Below are positions 25,564 to 32,000 of a stretch of 32,000 bases of DNA, in pieces. Each line of letters begins with the position of its first letter. Position 1 is the stretch's first letter. Below the pieces are notes generated by a model that ran no database searches, was not told where the DNA came from, and saw nothing but the letters and a program-made list of their open reading frames with translations. This DNA comes from Halorhodospira halophila SL1 (lineage in GTDB: Bacteria; Pseudomonadota; Gammaproteobacteria; Nitrococcales; Halorhodospiraceae). The stretch is taken from assembly GCF_000015585.1 (NCBI RefSeq), contig NC_008789.1, forward strand, positions 480,001 through 512,000, in the 5' to 3' direction. Both the position numbers and the translations under genes were made by a program.

Positions 25564-26283
25564 TTACAACACAGCCTGCACCACAGCCCCCAACCCGGCC
25601 ACTGCGGACACGCCCAGCACCGCCCCGCGCAACCAGCGCCGATCCAGTGCTCGGGCGGTATAGCCGGACAGCCAGAAGCCGATCGCGATGCCGGGCAGCA
25701 GACTCAGGCCGAGGAGCAGCTCGGTAAGGCCGAAGCGGCCGATCCAGGCCAGCGCCCCCAGGGAGCCGAACGCCCCCACCACGAACACCGCCGACAGCGA
25801 TGCACGCAGCCGTGCGCCGCTCACCCCTTGGTAGGCCAGGGCCAGGGGCGGGCCACCGATGGAGGTGGCCGTGGCCATGAAGCCGGACAGGGTCCCCCCG
25901 GCCAGCAGGCGCCCGCCGGTGGGGCGCGGAGACCCCGCCACCAGGCTCAACGCCACGGCGAGCAGAACCAGGATTCCGAAGATCAGCGACAGGTGGGATT
26001 CATCCGCGCGGGCAAGGACGACACCGGCGAGTGCGGCGCCGGAGAGTTGCCCCGGGATGGCCCAGCGGATCCCGCCAACATCCAGGGCGCGGCGTTCCCG
26101 GATGAGGATCATCAGCGGTGTCACCATGCCGACGACGAGCATCGGCCCGGGCACCAGCACCGGATCGATCCAGTAGAGAACGGGCGCACCCAAGAGGGCC
26201 ACCCCGAAACCAATTGAACCCTGAACGACCGTGCCTGCAATCAGCACCAGGGTTGCCAGAACCCACTCACCGAGCTCGATCAC
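25564..26283 (-). CDS. TauE/SafE (TSUP) family anion exporter
   Basis: 239 aa of polytopic membrane protein with a duplicated GxGGG-type pattern (VQGSIGFGVALLGAPVL, ATATSIGGPPLAL) characteristic of the TauE/SafE family. Confidence 0.88.
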   Translation of the reverse strand: MIELGEWVLATLVLIAGTVVQGSIGFGVALLGAPVLYWIDPVLVPGPMLVVGMVTPLMILIRERRALDVGGIRWAIPGQLSGAALAGVVLARADESHLSLIFGILVLLAVALSLVAGSPRPTGGRLLAGGTLSGFMATATSIGGPPLALAYQGVSGARLRASLSAVFVVGAFGSLGALAWIGRFGLTELLLGLSLLPGIAIGFWLSGYTARALDRRWLRGAVLGVSAVAGLGAVVQAVL

Positions 26284-26349
26284 AGACCGCTGTATCGTCC
26301 AGGGTATTCATCCGTGTAATGGTTTCGAAAACCGACGGAAACCGGACGC

Positions 26350-26724
26350 TCAGGCGTCCGGAATGCGCAGCTCTTCGATATCCCGGCCCAGTTCCTCTTC
26401 CCAGTGGACGACCCATTTCGGCTTGCGGCCGCGCCCGGTCCAGGTGCGATCCGGATCCTCAGGGTGGCGGAACTTCGGCGGGACCTTGTTGCCCTTGGTG
26501 GCCTTGGCGCCGGCGCCCTTGCTCACCCCTGAGACGATCTCGTCGAGATCGAGCCCGTATTTCTGGGCCACCTGTTTCATTTCCTGCTGGGCCTGCTTGC
26601 GGGCCTCTTTCTCGCGGCGCTTCTGCTCCTTCTCGATCATCCGCGAGGCCTTTTGCAGGTCCACGAAGTCGAGTTCTTCCGCCGCCTGGCGGATCGTTTC
26701 AAGGGCTTCGTCAGTGGTTGTCAT
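26350..26724 (-). CDS. H-NS-family nucleoid-associated protein
   Basis: 124 aa with an N-terminal coiled-coil. The C-terminus KFRHPEDPDRTWTGRGRKPKWV contains the H-NS DNA-binding T-W-[ST]-G-R-G-R-x-P-x-W motif. Confidence 0.88.
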   Translation of the reverse strand: MTTTDEALETIRQAAEELDFVDLQKASRMIEKEQKRREKEARKQAQQEMKQVAQKYGLDLDEIVSGVSKGAGAKATKGNKVPPKFRHPEDPDRTWTGRGRKPKWVVHWEEELGRDIEELRIPDA

Positions 26725-26877
26725 TCTCCGCTTCCTCCGCTTTGGAATATCGCTCCACGGCGGGAAATTAGCGAAAAACGATGGAATTGTAAACGGAGGG
26801 GGATCACCCAGGCGAGAAACGGATCCCCACGGATGGGTTTCGCCGCAGAAAAATACCCGATTCAGAATACCCGTCTG

Positions 26878-28334
<1,457 letters not shown>

Positions 28335-28338
<4 letters not shown>

Positions 28339-29960
28339 ACCTTGAACTGCTCGACCAGCTTGCGCAGGTCGCGGGCGAGCACTTCGAGCTCGTCGCCGGC
28401 CTGCTTCGTCTCGTGGCTCTCCCGGGCCGTCGTCTCGGCCGCGTCGTTGATGGAGGTGACGTTGCGGTTGATCTCCTCGACCACCTGGCTTTGTTCCTCG
28501 GCGGCACTGGCGATCTGGGTGTTCACCTCACTGATGGTGGTCACCGATTGCTGGATGTCGCCGAGCACGCCGTCGGCCTCGGAGGCCTGGTTCACCGTCT
28601 CCTGGGTCTGGGCGTGGCCTTGCTCCATGGCCGCCTGGGCGCTCTTGGTCTCCTCCTGCAGCGCGCTGATCATGTCCTGGATCTGCTGCGTGGACTCGTG
28701 GGTGCGCGTCGCCAGCTTGCGCACCTCGTCGGCAACCACGGCAAAGCCCCGGCCCTGTTCGCCGGCCCGGGCCGCCTCAATGGCGGCGTTGAGGGCAAGC
28801 AGGTTGGTCTGCTCGGCGATCTCGCGGATCAGGTCGATCACCGTACCGATCTGCTCGCTGTCGTCGGCCAGCTTCTGGATCGCTCCGGCGGCGCGGGAGA
28901 CATCATCGGCCAACTGGTTGATGCCGCTGACCGTCTGCTGCACCACCTGCTTGCCGCGCTGGGCCGCATCCTCGCCGCTCTGCGTCGCCTCGGCGGCGTG
29001 CTGGGCGTTGCGGGCCACCTCGTGGGCGGTGGAGGTCATCTCGTTCATCGCCGTGGCCACCTGCTCGATTTCCGAGCGCTGGCGGTCGATGCGGTCGTTG
29101 CTCCGGTCGGTGACCTCGGAAACCTGCTGGGCGGAACGATCCAGGCGTTCGGCCATCTCGACCACCCGGCCGATGAGGTCGTGGAAGACGGCCATGGAGC
29201 GGTTGAAGGCGCTGGCCGCCTGACCGATCTCATCGCCGCTGTGCACATCCAGCCGCCGGGTGAGATCACCGCCGCCGCTGGCAATGGCGTTGAGGCTGTC
29301 GGTCATGGTGTTGATCGGCCGCGTGACCGAGCGCTGAATGAAGAGGTAGACCACCAGCAGGAACGGCAGGCTGAGCAGCACGGCGATCCCGAAGATCGTG
29401 GTGCCGAAGCCGATCACCGCCTGGTTCACGTCCTCAAGGGAGATCTCCATGGTGACCGCGCCGAGGACCTCGCCCTCGTTGCCCGGGCCATGGCACTCGA
29501 CGCAGGACTTGCCGAGGAAGTCCGTCTCGTTGAAGTTGGGGATGACCGCCCGCAGGGCTTGCCCGCCGTCGATCTGCGCGATGTAGGGCTCACCGGTCTC
29601 CAGCACCTGGGCCTCGACCTCGTCCTGCGGCTGTTGCCCTTCCTCGCCGGGCCCGTACCACTCCTCGGTCAGCTCGGCGCGCAGCACCCGCAGCCCGGAT
29701 ACGTTGGGCAGTTCCTGGATCTGATCCAGGAACTCGTGGCGCTGGTCCATGGTATTGGTCCACATCATGGCGGTGAGGCCGGCCATGGTCATCTGGTTCA
29801 TCGTATCGGTGAACTCGATGGCCTGATCCACCGCCACATTGCGCTGCTCCCAAGCCGCGTAGGCGATCATGCTCGTCCAAGCGAGGACCAGCATCAGCCA
29901 GATGCCGACGAGCAGGCGGATCCAGATGCGGATGTCGTGGACGCGGCGCAGCAGCTTCAT
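28335..29960 (-). CDS. Methyl-accepting chemotaxis protein with periplasmic heme-c (CxxCH) sensor domain
   Basis: 541 aa: TM1 ([26 protein letters not shown]), a periplasmic domain containing CVECH (codons at 29490-29504), TM2, HAMP, and a highly conserved MA signalling domain ([37 protein letters not shown]). Confidence 0.93.
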
Positions 29961-30059
29961 TGTGGTCTCCCGTTGCAGCCGGCCGAAAGGCGCAGGCCCT
30001 GACCCGGTTATCGGCGCGAATCTAACACACCTTATAGGGCCACGCGCCGCGCTTGCGCC

Positions 30060-31466
30060 CTAGCGCCCCATCCCCGGGGGCAGCCCCCCGGGGCCACCGG
30101 GACCACCCGGCCCACCGGGACCGCCGCCGCCCATCAGCTGCTGGAACATGCGCTGCGGGCCGCCCTTCTTCTTGACCTGCTTCATCATCTTCTGCATCTG
30201 CTTGAACTGCTTGAGCAGGCGGTTCAGGTCCTGGACCTGAACCCCAGAGCCGGCGGCGATGCGCTTCTTCCGCGAGCCATTGATCATATCCGGCTTGGCG
30301 CGTTCGGCCGGGGTCATGGAGTTGATCATGGCCAGCTGGCGGCGGACGATACGGTCGTCGAGCTGATCCTTGACCTTATCGAACTGCTTGCCCATGCCCG
30401 GCATCTTGTCCATCACCCCGCCCAGGCCGCCGAGCTTGTCGATCTGCTGCATCTGCTCTTTGAAGTCGTTGAGGTCGAACCCCTTACCGCCCTTCTTGAG
30501 CTTCTTCTCAAGCTTTTTCGCCTTCTCCTGATCGACGCTGCGCTCGACCTCCTCGACCAGACTGACGACATCGCCCTTGCCGAGGATCCGCGAGGCGACC
30601 CGCTCGGGGTGGAAAGGCTCTAGCGCGTCGGTCTTCTCGCCGATGCCGAGGAACTTGATCGGCGCGCCGGTCACATGACGGACCGACAGGGCCGCACCGC
30701 CGCGGGCATCGCCGTCGGTCTTGGTCAGCACCACGCCGGTCAGCGGCAGGGCCTCACCAAAAGCCTGGGCCGTCTTGGCCGCATCCTGACCCGTCATGGC
30801 GTCGACCACGAACAGGGTCTCGGCCGGGGTCACCGTCTTATGCAGGCGCTTGACCTCGTCCATCATCGCCTCGTCGATGGTCAGCCGGCCGGCGGTGTCG
30901 ACGAGGAGGACGTCGTAGTAATGGCGCTTGGCGTGGTCGACCGCGTCCTTGGCGATGCGCTCGGGCTTGTCGCCGGATTTGGAGGGGAAGAAGTCGACCT
31001 CCACCTGGCCGGCGAGGGTCTCGAGCTGGTCGATCGCCGCCGGGCGGTAGACGTCGCAGCTGACTACCAGGACCTTTTTCTTCTCGCGCTCGCGCAGGTA
31101 GCGGGCGAGCTTGCCGATGGAGGTGGTTTTGCCCGACCCCTGCAGGCCGGCGACCAGCACCACCGCCGGGGGCTGGACGTTGAGGTTGAGCGGTTCGGCC
31201 TCCGCGCCCATGACGCGGACGAGCTCGTCCTGGACGATCTTGATGAAGGCCTGCCCCGGCGTCAGGCTCTTGGCCACCTCGGCGCCCTCGGCGCGCTTCT
31301 TGACCTCTTCCGTGAAGCTGCGCACCACCGGCAGCGCCACGTCGGCCTCGAGCAGCGCCTTGCGCACCTCACGGACCGTCTCCTGGATATTTTCATCGGT
31401 GATCCGGCCCCGCCCGCTCATGCGCTGCGTGACGGAGTCGAAGCGTCCGGTGAGATTCTCAAACAT
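30060..31466 (-). CDS. ffh: Signal recognition particle protein Ffh
   Basis: MFENLTGRFDSV.., GLQGSGKTT, DTAGR, TKTDGDARGGAALS and a Met-rich M domain. An unusual Gly/Pro tail (GGGGPGGPGGPGGPGGLPPGMGR) ends the protein. Confidence 0.97.
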   Translation of the reverse strand: MFENLTGRFDSVTQRMSGRGRITDENIQETVREVRKALLEADVALPVVRSFTEEVKKRAEGAEVAKSLTPGQAFIKIVQDELVRVMGAEAEPLNLNVQPPAVVLVAGLQGSGKTTSIGKLARYLREREKKKVLVVSCDVYRPAAIDQLETLAGQVEVDFFPSKSGDKPERIAKDAVDHAKRHYYDVLLVDTAGRLTIDEAMMDEVKRLHKTVTPAETLFVVDAMTGQDAAKTAQAFGEALPLTGVVLTKTDGDARGGAALSVRHVTGAPIKFLGIGEKTDALEPFHPERVASRILGKGDVVSLVEEVERSVDQEKAKKLEKKLKKGGKGFDLNDFKEQMQQIDKLGGLGGVMDKMPGMGKQFDKVKDQLDDRIVRRQLAMINSMTPAERAKPDMINGSRKKRIAAGSGVQVQDLNRLLKQFKQMQKMMKQVKKKGGPQRMFQQLMGGGGPGGPGGPGGPGGLPPGMGR

Positions 31467-31607
31467 GGTCCGGCCTATCCGTTCGGAAACCTGAAACAGG
31501 CCGCATTATACGGGTCCGCTGCGCCGGCGTGCGAATCCAGTGTGCCGTTGCGGCTTGTCGCAGGGTGGTTCCCGGGTGGCACGGTTTATGCCATCATCCG
31601 AGGCACT

Positions 31608-32000
31608 ATGGTTATCTCTGCCCTCACCGTTGTCACCACCCTCCTCTACCTGGCTGCCACGGCCGCCCTGGGCGCCCGTCTGCTGCTGCACGAGGAGCGC
31701 AGCCCGGCCCGCTCGACGGCGCTGGCGCTGGCCGCCGCGGCGGTCGGTACGCACGTGGTGGTGGTCGGCGATACCACCTGGGTGGATGACGGGCTCAACC
31801 TGAGCATCTTCAGCGCGCTATCACTGGTTTCCTGGATCACCAGCACCGGGCTGGTGATCGTCAGTCTGCGCCAGCGGGTCGAGCACCTGGGCATCCTGCT
31901 CTGGCCGCTGTCGGCCATGGCGGTGGCTCTGACGCTGTTCGCGCCCCCGGAGGCCACCCTGGATCGCGAGATGGCGGTGCAGATCCATATCGTGATCTCC
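31608..32000 (+). CDS. Cytochrome c assembly-family inner membrane protein (YpjD/CcsA-like), N-terminal part; runs off window
   Basis: Hand translation from ATG 31608 is open to 32000 (131 codons): MVISALTVVTTLLYLAATAALGARLLL...LSIFSALSLVSWITSTGLVIVSL..LGILLWPLSAMAVALTLF, several TM helices. It is divergent from ffh, as ypjD is in E. coli. It is not in the ORF track because it has no stop in the window. Confidence 0.65.
   Translation, partial: MVISALTVVTTLLYLAATAALGARLLLHEERSPARSTALALAAAAVGTHVVVVGDTTWVDDGLNLSIFSALSLVSWITSTGLVIVSLRQRVEHLGILLWPLSAMAVALTLFAPPEATLDREMAVQIHIVIS

Overview
This is a GC-rich proteobacterial chromosome segment (third codon positions are mostly G/C). The gene order thrS-infC-rpmI-rplT-pheS-pheT-ihfA and a ypjD-like gene divergent from ffh are typical of Gammaproteobacteria.

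Positions 1-14450 form a mosaic accessory, defence-type island that ends at the promoter of tRNA-Val(GAC). It contains:
- An EcoRII-like restriction endonuclease gene, found by hand translation. It is absent from the ORF track because it runs off the window. It is chained to vsr and an HTH-bearing C5 cytosine methyltransferase, with a divergent XRE regulator.
- IS debris: a frameshifted rve transposase, two oppositely oriented IS1634-like fragments, a G14 tract, and one orphan type I-E-like CRISPR repeat.
- A lower-GC B3-like/HNH nuclease gene split by a C9 homopolymer.
- An intact IS5-family element with 14/16 inverted repeats and a CTAG duplication.
- A DUF2779-type gene (Cas4-like nuclease plus DEDD exonuclease) convergent with a NERD-SF1 helicase gene.
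- A translationally coupled ADP-ribosylglycohydrolase and GGCT-like pair.
- A decayed phosphatase relic and operator-like repeats.

Positions 14451-22011 are housekeeping: tRNA-Val, thrS, infC (apparent AUC start), rpmI, rplT, pheS, pheT, ihfA, a MerR-like gene, and tRNA-Pro(GGG) with a bidirectional terminator.

Positions 22043-32000 hold:
- A minus-strand operon of TPR/beta-barrel protein, ECF sigma, ZAS anti-sigma and a secreted acidic repeat protein.
- A small coiled-coil ORF, a TauE/SafE permease and an H-NS-like protein.
- A DASS/SLC13 transporter translationally coupled to a chemoreceptor whose periplasmic domain carries a CxxCH heme-c motif.
- ffh and a partial ypjD/ccsA-like gene.

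The best candidates for an undescribed system are the DUF2779 / NERD-helicase pair and the adjacent ARH-GGCT module. Both are inferences from domain architecture and island context only. No database search was possible.
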